DNA from: Alphaproteobacteria bacterium | GTDB lineage: Bacteria; Pseudomonadota; Alphaproteobacteria; UBA828 | Reading direction: 5' to 3' | NCBI GenBank assembly: GCA_965220745.1 | Contig: CBDCQT010000013.1 | Coordinates: 224,001 to 288,000 of the forward strand | Length of the DNA stretch: 64,000 nt | Shown: one piece after another, positions 1 to 9,197 of the stretch | How the letters are laid out: every line of letters starts with the position of its first letter | How positions within the stretch are numbered: the first letter of the stretch is position 1 | Notes under the pieces: generated by a model | What the model was told of the DNA's origin: nothing | Databases searched by the model: none | The model's input: the letters and a program-made list of their open reading frames with translations, nothing else | Position numbers and translations under genes: made by a program

Positions 1-503
1 AGGGCTGGATCGTCGACTGGCGCCGAGCCAACGCGCAATTCGTCAACGCGCTCCAGGTCGAGCGCAACGTCATGTTCGTGATCCTGACCCTGATCGTGCT
101 GGTGGCCGCCTTCAACATCATCGCCGGACTAATCATGGTGGTGAAGGACAAGGGGCGCGATATTGCGATCCTGCGAACCATGGGGGCGACGCGCGGGCAA
201 ATCCTGCGCATCTTCTTCATGAACGGCGCAGCGATCGGCGTGGCGGGGACAGTGCTGGGCGTGGGCGGCGGTGTCGCCTTCGCCGCCAACATCGACACCA
301 TTCGGGTCTGGCTCGAGGGCCTGACCGATACGGAGTTGTTCCCGGCCGAGATCCGCTTCCTCTCGCAACTGCCGTCGCGGACCGATCCGACCGAGGTGGT
401 GATCGTGGCAGCGATGGCGATCGGGCTCTCGTTCCTGGCGACGATCTATCCCGCCTGGCGGGCGGCGCGGCTCGATCCGGTGGAGGCGCTCCGGTATGAG
501 TAG
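1..503 (+). CDS. lolC: Lipoprotein-releasing ABC transporter permease LolC/LolE, 5'-truncated by window edge
   Basis: Frame is open from base 3 (GWIVDWRRAN...LQVERNVMF). Motifs VAAFNII, KGRDIAILRTMGA and C-terminal YPAWRAARLDPVEALRYE. Overlaps lolD. Confidence 0.93.
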   Translation, partial: GWIVDWRRANAQFVNALQVERNVMFVILTLIVLVAAFNIIAGLIMVVKDKGRDIAILRTMGATRGQILRIFFMNGAAIGVAGTVLGVGGGVAFAANIDTIRVWLEGLTDTELFPAEIRFLSQLPSRTDPTEVVIVAAMAIGLSFLATIYPAWRAARLDPVEALRYE

Positions 504-1194
504 CCCGCAAGAGAGCAGTGCGTCCTCGCTGGAACTGCGCGGGGTGATGCAGACCTTCTATCAGGCCGGCAACGCCATCGAGGTGCTGAAAGGCGCCTCG
601 CTTGCCGTGTTGCCGGGCGAGATGGTGGCGCTGGTCGGCCCGTCGGGTGCCGGCAAGTCGACCCTGTTGCAGATCGCGGGGCTGCTGGAACGGCCGCGCG
701 CCGGCGAGGTCGCCATCGCGGGCGAGCGCTGCGAAGGCCTGCCGGACCGGCGGCGGACGAGGCTCAGGCGCGAGCGTCTGGGTTTCATCTATCAGTTCCA
801 CCACCTGCTGGCCGAGTTCTCGGCGCTGGAGAACGTGGTGCTACCGCAGATGATCGCGGGCCGCTCCAAGCGCCAAGCGCGGGAGCGGGCACGGGAGCTG
901 CTGGGTCGCCTCGGGCTCGATGCGCGCGAGGGGCACCGGCCCTCACGGCTTTCGGGCGGCGAGCAGCAGCGCGTCGCCATCGCGCGCGCCATCGCCAACG
1001 CGCCTGCGGTGCTGCTCGCGGACGAGCCCACGGGCAACCTCGACCACGAAACTGCGGACTCAGTGTTTGCGGCGCTCCTCGATATCGTGCGCACCACCGG
1101 GCTTGCCGCGCTGGTCGCCACCCACAACATGGCGCTGGCCGAGCGCATGGACCGGCAGCTTGCGCTGGAGAACGGCGTGCTCGTCTCGCTCTGA
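496..1194 (+). CDS. lolD: Lipoprotein-releasing ABC transporter ATP-binding protein
   Basis: Walker A GPSGAGKST, GFIYQFHHLL, LSGGEQQRVAIARA, LADEPTGNLD. Directly follows lolC/E. Confidence 0.93.
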   Translation: MSSPQESSASSLELRGVMQTFYQAGNAIEVLKGASLAVLPGEMVALVGPSGAGKSTLLQIAGLLERPRAGEVAIAGERCEGLPDRRRTRLRRERLGFIYQFHHLLAEFSALENVVLPQMIAGRSKRQARERARELLGRLGLDAREGHRPSRLSGGEQQRVAIARAIANAPAVLLADEPTGNLDHETADSVFAALLDIVRTTGLAALVATHNMALAERMDRQLALENGVLVSL

Positions 1195-1198
1195 ACCG

Positions 1199-1924
1199 AT
1201 GACCTCCGATACGAATAACGCGCCCGTGCTGCTCGTGACCCACGTCACGGCCGCCGACGTGGGCGCGATCCCGGAGTTGCTCGCCGGCTTGGGGTGGCAA
1301 AGCCGGGTCATGCGGGCCAACAAGGGCGAGCCGTTCCCCACCGATGTCGAAGCGCTCGGCGGTGTGGTCAGCTTCGGCGGGCCGCAGAGCGCCAACGACG
1401 ACCACATCGACTACGTGCGTGCGGAACTCGACTGGATGCCGCGCGTGATGGCGGCGGGCGTGCCGCTGCTCGGCATCTGCCTCGGAGGCCAGATGGTGGC
1501 CCGCACTCTGGGCGCGACGGTGGGACCCGACCCCGACGGGCTCTACGAGTTTGGCTACTACCCGATCGAGCCGGTGGACGGCGCGGCCGAAGATCTAGCC
1601 TTCGACGGGACACTCACCGTGGCGCATCGACACGGCGAGGCGTTCACGATCCCCGCCGGCGCGCGCCGGTTGGCGCGGCGCGACGTGTTCGAGAACCAGG
1701 CGTTTCGCTACGGGGCGACAACCTGGGGTCTGCAGTTCCATCCGGAGGTCAACGACGCGGTGCTGGGGCGTTGGCTCGACCGCGATCCACCGCCCGAAGA
1801 CCTGGAGCGCAACGGCGCGCAGACGGTGGCGGTGCAGCGCGCCAAGCACGCGCGCTATCATCGGGCGATGCACGACTGGCTCGGGCGCTTTCTCGGACTC
1901 TGGCTGGCGAGCGCGGAACGCTGA
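1199..1924 (+). CDS. Class I glutamine amidotransferase-like protein
   Basis: GGPQSAND, nucleophile elbow GICLG and QFHPE (Cys-His-Glu triad). Start moved to the ATG at 1199, just after the lolD stop. Confidence 0.85.
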   Translation: MTSDTNNAPVLLVTHVTAADVGAIPELLAGLGWQSRVMRANKGEPFPTDVEALGGVVSFGGPQSANDDHIDYVRAELDWMPRVMAAGVPLLGICLGGQMVARTLGATVGPDPDGLYEFGYYPIEPVDGAAEDLAFDGTLTVAHRHGEAFTIPAGARRLARRDVFENQAFRYGATTWGLQFHPEVNDAVLGRWLDRDPPPEDLERNGAQTVAVQRAKHARYHRAMHDWLGRFLGLWLASAER

Positions 1925-1925
1925 G

Positions 1926-2519
1926 ATGATCAAGAGCCTGATCGTCGGCGTGACCGGGGCGAGCGGCGCGGTCTACGGCGTGCGCCTGCTCGAGGTGCTG
2001 CACGAGATGCCGGTCGAAACCCACCTCGTCGTCAGCAAGTGGGGGCAGCGGACGCTGGAGCACGAGACCGGCCGCAGCCTCGGCGACCTGCGCGCGCTTT
2101 CGGATCATCATTACGGTGCGGGAGACATGGCGGCGCTGATGTCGTCGGGCTCGGCGTCCATCGACGGCATGGTGGTCGCCCCTTGCTCCGCTCGTAGCCT
2201 CGCGGCGATCGCCTGCGGGCTCAGCGAGAACCTGATCCACCGCGCGGCCGACGTCATGATCAAGGAGCGCCGGCCGCTCGTGCTCATGGTGCGCGAGACT
2301 CCGCTCAGTGCGATCCACCTGGAGAACATGCTCAAGCTGGCGCGGCTCGGCGTGACAATCCTGCCCCCCGTTCCGGCTTTCTACAACGAGCCGGGGTCAA
2401 TCGACGAGGTCGTCGATTACACCGTCGCAAGGGCGCTGGACCAGTTCGGGCTCAAAGTCGAACTGGGCGAGCGCTGGCGTGGCGGCCTTGTGCGTCGCGC
2501 GGCATCCTCAGAGGGCTGA
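1926..2519 (+). CDS. ubiX: Flavin prenyltransferase UbiX
   Basis: VGVTGASG, SSGS, VAPCS, RAADVMIKERRPLVLMVRETPL, PPVPAFY. Confidence 0.93.
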   Translation: MIKSLIVGVTGASGAVYGVRLLEVLHEMPVETHLVVSKWGQRTLEHETGRSLGDLRALSDHHYGAGDMAALMSSGSASIDGMVVAPCSARSLAAIACGLSENLIHRAADVMIKERRPLVLMVRETPLSAIHLENMLKLARLGVTILPPVPAFYNEPGSIDEVVDYTVARALDQFGLKVELGERWRGGLVRRAASSEG

Positions 2520-2525
2520 TGTAAG

Positions 2526-2550
2526 TCGGGGCCGTATAGACCGGCCCCGA
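2526..2550. terminator. Hairpin between convergent ubiX and GPP34 genes
   Basis: TCGGGGCCG-N7-CGGCCCCGA, a perfect 9-bp stem. Confidence 0.55.
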
Positions 2551-2552
2551 AA

Positions 2553-3221
2553 TCAGAACGTGTGGGCTGCCGCGATCGCGATGGCCCGCTCGATATCGGC
2601 AATGGCGCCGGCCATCTCGCGCCCGATCAGGTCCATCTTGCGGATCTGCTCGATGCGGGGCTCGACCCGGTCGATCTCCCGCTTCGAGTAAATCGTCCGC
2701 AGGATGTTGCAGCTATCGACGAGGCAGATGAGGGCGACATCACGCGGATCGGGAATTTCGTCCGAGAACAGCACGTCCGAGATGCGCTTCTTCGCCTCCT
2801 GCTCCACCTTGCCGTCGATGGTGGGGTAACGGCGGGAGCGAAAGACCCAAAGGAATTTTTCCTCCTGACGCTGCAACACGCCGCGCTCCACCAGTTTTTC
2901 GAGCGCAGTCGCCCGAATCGTCGCGTCGTGACTGGCGGATGCTTCCTCGGCGGAGAGGGTCTCGATCCACGCCCTGCTGTCCGCCGAACTCTTCTCGCCA
3001 GCGATCCGGGCCAGCGTGCGGTCCAGCAGGGAATCGCCGGTCGGGTTGGTATCGATGACCATCAGTTGTTCGGGGTCGGTATCGATCCGGTTCGCGAACG
3101 CCAGGTCCATGAGGACCGCGCCCGTCAGCGCACGGTTGAGCGTGTGCTCGCTCACTGGCAGGAAGGTGCCGTTCTCGTCATGGAGAAGCAGCACCATGAT
3201 TTCTTCGTAGAATGTCAGCAT
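2553..3221 (-). CDS. GPP34 (GOLPH3/Vps74-like) family protein
   Basis: LTFYEEIMVLLLHDE, GAVLMDLA..RI, PTGDSLLDRTL, LVERGVL...KFLWVF..RRYP, PDPRDVALI. Confidence 0.82.
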   Translation of the reverse strand: MLTFYEEIMVLLLHDENGTFLPVSEHTLNRALTGAVLMDLAFANRIDTDPEQLMVIDTNPTGDSLLDRTLARIAGEKSSADSRAWIETLSAEEASASHDATIRATALEKLVERGVLQRQEEKFLWVFRSRRYPTIDGKVEQEAKKRISDVLFSDEIPDPRDVALICLVDSCNILRTIYSKREIDRVEPRIEQIRKMDLIGREMAGAIADIERAIAIAAAHTF

Positions 3222-3272
3222 GGCACCGAATTCCGGGGTCAGGTCAGGGCTGGAGACTGCGAGGACGGCACC

Positions 3273-3608
3273 TCATGCAAGCGCCGCAATAGCCGCCTCG
3301 CTTGTGTCGTGGCACTCGATGATCGCTAGAAATCCACTCATTTCCATGACCGATCGACAATCGGGTTGCAGGGCGGCCACGGTCAGTTTCCCGCCGCCTT
3401 GCTGGCATTTCCTCGCGCTAACCAGCAATGCCCGCAGCCCCGCGCTGCTCACGTAACCCATCTCCGCGCAATCCAGTGCCACACGAACGTCTCCACGCTC
3501 CACAATCGCAGTAATCGTGGCCTCCAGATCCGGCGCAGTCACTCCGTCCAGGCGGCCGTTAAGGGAGACGACGACAGCTGCTCCCTCGGTCCTTTCAACA
3601 ATGTCCAT
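3273..3608 (-). CDS. STAS-domain anti-sigma-factor antagonist
   Basis: GRLDGVTAP, and LDCAEMGYVSSAGLRALL with the phospho-Ser motif of the SpoIIAA/RsbV family. Confidence 0.9.
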   Translation of the reverse strand: MDIVERTEGAAVVVSLNGRLDGVTAPDLEATITAIVERGDVRVALDCAEMGYVSSAGLRALLVSARKCQQGGGKLTVAALQPDCRSVMEMSGFLAIIECHDTSEAAIAALA

Positions 3609-3693
3609 CGCGGCCTCGCCCTCCGCTTTGGGTTACCCGCGCTCGGCGGCACGCGGGACAAAGATACGCTGTTCGAGTCGTTTTCTGCAATGG

Positions 3694-4926
3694 TCAGACG
3701 CCGCCGCCGTCACGCCAGAGTCGAGGCCAGCTGAGGCCGAGGAGGAAGGCGGCGACCAATCCTTCCGCCGCAACGATGCGCACGGCATTGGCGCCGCCAA
3801 AAAGCTCGCCCATGAGGCCGATATTGGTGAAGCCGATCACGCCTGCGCCGATGGTGAGCGAGAGGATGCCGAGCAGCCGGCCACGCATCTCTGGCGGCGC
3901 CATTCCGTAAATCAAGACGGTCTGCATGGTGGAGAAGCCCGCCGCACCGAGGCCGACGAAGAAGATCACGATCGCCATCGGCGCGACATCCGTCATCCAG
4001 CTCGCGACGAAGGCGAGCGCGGAGTAACTCGCCGTGCCGAAGAAGTAGAGGCGCCGGTACGCCCCCGGCCGCACGCCGAGGGCGGCGATCAAGAGTGCAC
4101 CGGCAAAGGCACCGCCACCCTCCAGCGCGGCAAGGCCACCGATGGCGGCGGCATTCAGGCCGAGGTTCTCAGTGCCAATGACTGGGATCATCGAGACGAA
4201 GGGGAAGCCCCAGATGTTGAAGATCACCGTGACATAGAGGATGCGGCGGACCTCGGGCTCCTGCGCGAGAAAGCGAAAACCCTCACGAAAATCGCCCAGC
4301 AGCCTCGCGGAGCGCTGCCCGACACTGGAAGCAGCGAAGGCCTTGGGCACGCCAGGCGTCAGGATCAGGCAAAGCGCATAGAGCGCTGCCGCCAGGCCAA
4401 AGGCGCCGCCGAGGCCCAGCCACTGATAGAGCAGCCCGCCGAACAACGGACCAATGAGCCGCATGGCGTTGCTGGTGGCACTGTCGAGGCTCATGCCGGC
4501 GGCGATCCGCTCCGCCCCGGCAGCATCGCCGATCATCCGCCGCCTGACCGGCATGTCCGTGGTCCAGACGACGCCGGAGAGGAAGGTCGCGAGCGCAATG
4601 TGCCAATAGGCGGCGATGCCCGAGAGCGCGAGGCTGAGAACGGCGAGAGAGACCAGCGCCGCGAGCCCGAGCGAGCTATAGAGCAGAATGCGCGGGGCCA
4701 GGCGATCGGCGAAGGTGCCGACAATGGGGCCGAACACGGCGAGCGGCAGCATCCGCAGAATGACGAGAAGCGCCACCAGCACCGGCGACCCCGTCGTCTC
4801 GACGGCGAAGACGCCGACCACCAGCAGCTCGAGCCATCGGGAGCCCATGCTGAGGAGGCCGATGAGCCAAAGGCGCAGATAGAGGCGATCGCCCAGAAGC
4901 TCGGTCAGCCGGCGCGGCAGGATCAT
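3694..4926 (-). CDS. MFS transporter
   Basis: About 12 hydrophobic segments, motif A GTFADRLAPR, and PPEMRGRLLG in the second half. Confidence 0.87.
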   Translation of the reverse strand: MILPRRLTELLGDRLYLRLWLIGLLSMGSRWLELLVVGVFAVETTGSPVLVALLVILRMLPLAVFGPIVGTFADRLAPRILLYSSLGLAALVSLAVLSLALSGIAAYWHIALATFLSGVVWTTDMPVRRRMIGDAAGAERIAAGMSLDSATSNAMRLIGPLFGGLLYQWLGLGGAFGLAAALYALCLILTPGVPKAFAASSVGQRSARLLGDFREGFRFLAQEPEVRRILYVTVIFNIWGFPFVSMIPVIGTENLGLNAAAIGGLAALEGGGAFAGALLIAALGVRPGAYRRLYFFGTASYSALAFVASWMTDVAPMAIVIFFVGLGAAGFSTMQTVLIYGMAPPEMRGRLLGILSLTIGAGVIGFTNIGLMGELFGGANAVRIVAAEGLVAAFLLGLSWPRLWRDGGGV

Positions 4927-5101
4927 CGATGGCGACTCGCGTTGGGCGGCAGGGTTGAGGGGACAGAGAGCCAGTCGGCTGCCCGATCGGGCAATGGTAC
5001 GCGCGGCTCCGAAGGCGCCGGCAGGGCGCCACTATGACATGAACCAGGGCGGATTGAAGTGCTGGGGCCTGGCTGGCGCCGTTCGGCGCGTATTCTGGCG
5101 T

Positions 5102-5136
5102 TGTAAGCGTTGATTGCATTGAAATCAACGCTTACA
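5102..5136. promoter_or_regulatory. Perfect 14-bp inverted repeat upstream of the FitAB-like TA, probable autoregulatory operator
   Basis: TGTAAGCGTTGATT-N7-AATCAACGCTTACA, AT-rich, ending 32 bp before the antitoxin ATG. Confidence 0.65.
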
Positions 5137-5168
5137 GTACTAGGACGGATAGCGATGGGGTTGGTGCA

Positions 5169-5411
5169 ATGGCTAGCATTACAATCCGTAACCTCGACGA
5201 TCGCGTGAAGACGCGGCTGCGAATTCGTGCGGCCGAGCGCGGACGTTCGATGGAGGAAGAAGCCCGGGTTATCCTGCGGGATGCAGTTGGGGCGGAGGCC
5301 CGAACGGACAACCTCGCCAGTGCCATCCGCGCGCGCTTCGCCCCGTTCGGCGGCGTGGAGCTTGATCTCCCGCCGCGCCAGCCCATTCGCGAGCCGCCCA
5401 GCTTCGATTGA
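5169..5411 (+). CDS. FitA/StbC-like ribbon-helix-helix antitoxin
   Basis: MASITIRNLDD..K.RLR.RAAERGRSMEEEARVIL. Confidence 0.88.
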   Translation: MASITIRNLDDRVKTRLRIRAAERGRSMEEEARVILRDAVGAEARTDNLASAIRARFAPFGGVELDLPPRQPIREPPSFD

Positions 5412-5420
5412 CGGCTGTCG

Positions 5421-5843
5421 ATGTTCGTCTTGGACACCAATGTCGTCTCCGAATTGATGCGCGCGACACCCGAGCCTGCTGTCCAGGTGTGGGTGGCGGT
5501 GCGCCGGGCGGGGGACATGTATTTCTCGGCCGTCAGCGAAGCGGAGCTCCGTTATGGGGTTGCGATCCTGCCTATAGGCCGACGACGGGACGCGCTCGCC
5601 GAAGCGGTCGATGGGTTGGTGCGAGAGGACTTCGCCGGTCGAGTACTGTCGTTCGACAGCCCGGCGGCGCAGGCCTACGCGGAGATTGCGGCGGCGCGCC
5701 GTGCTGCCGGACGACCGGTTTGCCAGGCCGATTGCCAGATTGCGGCGATCGCGCAGGCGCACGGCTTCGCGGTAGCCACCCGCAACGTGCGCGATTTCGC
5801 CGGTATGGGTATCGAGGTCGTCGACCCATGGGCGGGTGTGTGA
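5421..5843 (+). CDS. vapC: PIN-domain toxin (VapC/FitB)
   Basis: LDTNVVSE, SEAELRYG, DCQIAAIA, ATRNVRDF. Confidence 0.92.
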   Translation: MFVLDTNVVSELMRATPEPAVQVWVAVRRAGDMYFSAVSEAELRYGVAILPIGRRRDALAEAVDGLVREDFAGRVLSFDSPAAQAYAEIAAARRAAGRPVCQADCQIAAIAQAHGFAVATRNVRDFAGMGIEVVDPWAGV

Positions 5844-5938
5844 ACGGAGTCACCGCGGTGCTTACCTCCGGTTGCCTCCCCGTGACGCATGGTGAATTGT
5901 CCCCGCGACAGGACCGCCGGACGTACAAAGGGGGCCGC

Positions 5939-7027
5939 GTGCCGAAAATCGACAAGCTGGAAATCGACCTGTTCCGCCTGCCACTGCCGGTGGCGATGGG
6001 TGCCGCGGCTGCGGGCGTGATGACCGCCTTCGACATGGTGACAGCGCGGATCACGGACAGCGACGGCGTCTCCGGCGTGGGCTACACCGTGGCGCACCAA
6101 GGGCAGGGCGGCCCCATCGCGGCGCTGTGCGACGGGTCTTTCCGGTCGAGTGTCGAGGGCCGCGATCCTGACCTGATCGAGACCATCTGGCGGGACATCT
6201 ACAAGCGCCACCACTATGCCGGCCGGGGCGGGCCCGTGGCCTTTGCCATGGCGGCAGTGGATGTCGCGCTCTGGGATATGAAGGGCAACCGGCTCGGCAC
6301 GCCTCTCTGGCGGCTGCTCGGCGGTGCCAATCCCTCGGTCAGGGCCTATGCCGGCAACATCGACCTGAACTTCCCGGTGGACAGGCTGCTGGAAGGCGGT
6401 ATGGCGAGCGTCGAGCAGGGCTTCCGCTCAGTCAAGATGCGGCTCGGCCGCCCGACCCTCGCCGAGGACATCGCCCGCGTCGAGGCGATGCGCAACCACC
6501 TGCCCGACGAGATCGAGCTGATGGCGGACGCGAACGAGGCCTGGCGGGTGGATCAGGCGGTCCGTGCCATGACGCTGCTCGAGCCCTTCGACCTGGTCTG
6601 GCTGGAGGAGCCCATCGCGCCGGACAATACCGCCGGCTACGCCCATCTGCGCTCGCTCGGCAAGGTGCCGCTGGCAGCGGGCGAGAACCACCACACGCTC
6701 GCGGAGTTCGCGGCGCTGATCGGCGCCGGCGGGGTCGATTTTCCGGAGCCCGACCTCACCACCTGCGGCGGCATCACGCCCTTCATGAAGATCGCGCACC
6801 TCGCCGAGGCGCACGGCCTGCCGGTGACGAGCCACGGCGTGCACGACCTGCACATCCACCTGCTGGCGGCGGCCCCTAACGCGGCCTATCTGGAGTGGCA
6901 CGCCTTCGGCCACGACAGGTTCATGGAGGAACCGCTGACGGTCGAGGACGGCTACGCCCGCGCGCCGGACCGGCCGGGCCACGGCATCGTATTCGACTGG
7001 CAGGCTCTCGCCGCCCACCGGCCATAG
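5939..7027 (+). CDS. Mandelate racemase/muconate lactonizing enzyme family enolase (probable acid-sugar dehydratase)
   Basis: AAVDVALWDMKG..LG.PLWRLLGG, VKMRLG, MADAN, WLEEP, AGEN, PDRPGHG. GTG start at 5939 after a GGGGG RBS. Confidence 0.88.
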   Translation: MPKIDKLEIDLFRLPLPVAMGAAAAGVMTAFDMVTARITDSDGVSGVGYTVAHQGQGGPIAALCDGSFRSSVEGRDPDLIETIWRDIYKRHHYAGRGGPVAFAMAAVDVALWDMKGNRLGTPLWRLLGGANPSVRAYAGNIDLNFPVDRLLEGGMASVEQGFRSVKMRLGRPTLAEDIARVEAMRNHLPDEIELMADANEAWRVDQAVRAMTLLEPFDLVWLEEPIAPDNTAGYAHLRSLGKVPLAAGENHHTLAEFAALIGAGGVDFPEPDLTTCGGITPFMKIAHLAEAHGLPVTSHGVHDLHIHLLAAAPNAAYLEWHAFGHDRFMEEPLTVEDGYARAPDRPGHGIVFDWQALAAHRP

Positions 7028-7057
7028 CGCGCCTAACGCCTTGAGCCAGTCGGCCTC

Positions 7058-7087
7058 ATCCCGGACTATCCCGGCATATCCCGAATT
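7058..7087. repeat. Three 10-bp-period ATCCCG units (array 1 of a dispersed family)
   Basis: ATCCCGGACT ATCCCGGCAT ATCCCGAATT. Confidence 0.7.
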
Positions 7088-7122
7088 GGACCGTCTTTCG
7101 GGCGTGGAGAGGGAGGTGCGCG

Positions 7123-7836
7123 ATGGGTGACAGCGAGAGGGGCAACGTCAAGGAGGGGTGGAGCGCCTGGTGGAGCTTCGCGCGCATCCCCGAGTTCCCG
7201 GTGGAGGCGGAGAAGACCGCGCTCATCGTGATCGACATGACCTACCAGCAGGCCCATCGCGACTACGGGCTTTGCAAGCGGATCATCGAGGCAGGACTGG
7301 AGGACGACCTTGCCTACTACCTCGATCGGATCGACCGCGTGGTTATACCGAACCTGGTGGAGCTCATCGCGGCGTTCCGTGAGGTGGGTGCGCCGGTGAT
7401 CTACACGCGCTGCGCCTCGCTGGTGGGCGACGGCTCGGACCAGACTTGGCGTCACCGCCACTTCGGTGTGGTCACCACCGTCGACTCCAAGGACGCGCAG
7501 ATTCTCGCGCCGCTCGCGCCGCACGAGGGCGACATCATGCTGACCAAGTCGGGCTCGGCGGTGTTCCCCTCCACCAACTGCGAACATCTGCTGCGCGTGA
7601 AGGGGATCACCACCATCGTGGTGAGCGGCATCTTCACCAACAGCTGCGTCGAGGGCACGATCCGGCTCGCGGGCGATCTCGATTTCCGCTGCCTGATGCC
7701 CGAGGACTCGTGCGCCGCCATGTCGCCGAGCGGGCACGCCAACGCGGTCGAGTATCTCGACGGCAACTTCTGCCACGTGAAGCCGACGGCGGAGATCGTC
7801 CGCCTGCTAGGCGAAAGGCAGGGCGCGGCAGCCTGA
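7123..7836 (+). CDS. Isochorismatase/cysteine hydrolase family amidase
   Basis: TALIVIDM, LTKSGSAVF, GIFTNSCVEGT (Asp-Lys-Cys triad). Confidence 0.88.
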   Translation: MGDSERGNVKEGWSAWWSFARIPEFPVEAEKTALIVIDMTYQQAHRDYGLCKRIIEAGLEDDLAYYLDRIDRVVIPNLVELIAAFREVGAPVIYTRCASLVGDGSDQTWRHRHFGVVTTVDSKDAQILAPLAPHEGDIMLTKSGSAVFPSTNCEHLLRVKGITTIVVSGIFTNSCVEGTIRLAGDLDFRCLMPEDSCAAMSPSGHANAVEYLDGNFCHVKPTAEIVRLLGERQGAAA

Positions 7837-7838
7837 CG

Positions 7839-9011
7839 CTAATCCGCTTGGCGGATAACACCGTCGCGGGCGAGCGCCGCGCAGGCGGCCTCGTCGTAGC
7901 CGATCTCTCGCAGGATCGCGGTGCTGTGCTGGCCGAGGGCGGGCACGTCCGTCTCGATGCGCCCCGGCTCCTCCCGGAACTTGATCGGGATGCCGAGGTG
8001 TGAGGCGCCGTCGCTGTCCCGTTCGAGCATGTCGCGCGCGGCGAGGTGGGGGTCGTCGAAGGCCTGCTTGAGGTCGAGGACCGGCGCGAAGCAGATGTCG
8101 CGGCCGGCGAACCACTCGACCCACTCGGCCTGGGTGCGGGTGGCAAAGGTCTCTTCCAGGAAGGCGTGGAGCGGGGCCTGCGCCGGGCCTGCGGGCTCGC
8201 GGCCGAGCGGGATCAGGTCCGGCCGACCCACCCCCTCCAGGAAGTTGACGACGAACTTCATCTCGCCGCCGCCCAGGGTGATGTAGCGGCCGTCCCCGGT
8301 GCGGTAAGGGCGGTAGAACGCGGCGCCGCCCTGCGTGCGCTCGGCAGAGGGGTCCGGCGCGCGGCCGTCAACGAACACGTGGCCGGCGACATGCGAGGTC
8401 CATGACACCACCGTGTCGAACATGGAGAGGTCGAGGTAGTCGCCGTGCCCGGTGGTCTGGCGGCGCAGCAGGGCCATGAGAATGCCGGCGAGCGCCATGA
8501 GCGAGCCTCCCATGTCCGACGGCGGCAGGCAGGCCATGGCGGGCTTGCCGTTGCCATCGACGCTGAGGCTGGCGACGCCGGCGAGCGCGTTGACGCTGAG
8601 GTCGTGGGCCGGGCGGTCGCGGTAGGGTCCGGACTGACCGAAGGCGGAGATGGAGGCATAGACGACCTGGGGCGCGCGTGCCTGTACGGCCTCGTAGCCA
8701 ATCCCCAGGCGATCGACCACGCCAGGGCGGAATGTCTCCAGCACCACGTCGGCGGTCTCCGCGAGGCGCATGAAGGCCTCGCGCCCGGCCTCGCTCTTGA
8801 GATCGACCGCGAGGCTGCGCTTGCCCCGGTTCGCGTTGCGGAAATAGACCGTGTGGCCGGCCTCGACAGGTCCGATGACGCGCGCGGGATCGCCGCCCTT
8901 CGGGTCCTCGACCTTGATCACGTCGGCGCCGTGGTCGGCCATCATCATCGCGAGATGCGGGCCGGGCAGAAACCGGGAGAGGTCCAGCACCCTGATCCCT
9001 TCGAGCTTCAT
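7839..9011 (-). CDS. Class III CoA-transferase (CaiB/BaiF)
   Basis: LEGIRVLDLSRFLPGP, GADVIKVE, NRGKRS, FRPGV, FGQSGP, PALGQH. True start is the ATG at 9011 after GGAGG. Confidence 0.92.
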   Translation of the reverse strand: MKLEGIRVLDLSRFLPGPHLAMMMADHGADVIKVEDPKGGDPARVIGPVEAGHTVYFRNANRGKRSLAVDLKSEAGREAFMRLAETADVVLETFRPGVVDRLGIGYEAVQARAPQVVYASISAFGQSGPYRDRPAHDLSVNALAGVASLSVDGNGKPAMACLPPSDMGGSLMALAGILMALLRRQTTGHGDYLDLSMFDTVVSWTSHVAGHVFVDGRAPDPSAERTQGGAAFYRPYRTGDGRYITLGGGEMKFVVNFLEGVGRPDLIPLGREPAGPAQAPLHAFLEETFATRTQAEWVEWFAGRDICFAPVLDLKQAFDDPHLAARDMLERDSDGASHLGIPIKFREEPGRIETDVPALGQHSTAILREIGYDEAACAALARDGVIRQAD

Positions 9012-9197
9012 GGGTCGCCTCCATGCGCGGGTTCGCTCTCGCCTGGCGCCGACATACCCCGTGATCATCGCGTGCGCCATGGCGCCGAAGCCCGAGCCAG
9101 AGCACTCGCGCAGAGGTGAGGGGGATGTCATTGGCCGGGCGCGGAGCGTGCCGCTAAGGTCAGTCTCGATCGCGCACCGAGTCGCCCAGAGAACGCC

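Noticed and set aside
1926-2519. ubiX without an adjacent ubiD as a novel system
   Set aside because: Unlinked ubiX and ubiD genes are common, so nothing here supports novelty.
5408-5938. Apparent N-terminal extension of the enolase-family ORF over vapC
   Set aside because: It is an alternative frame of vapC. The enolase fold begins at GTG 5939.
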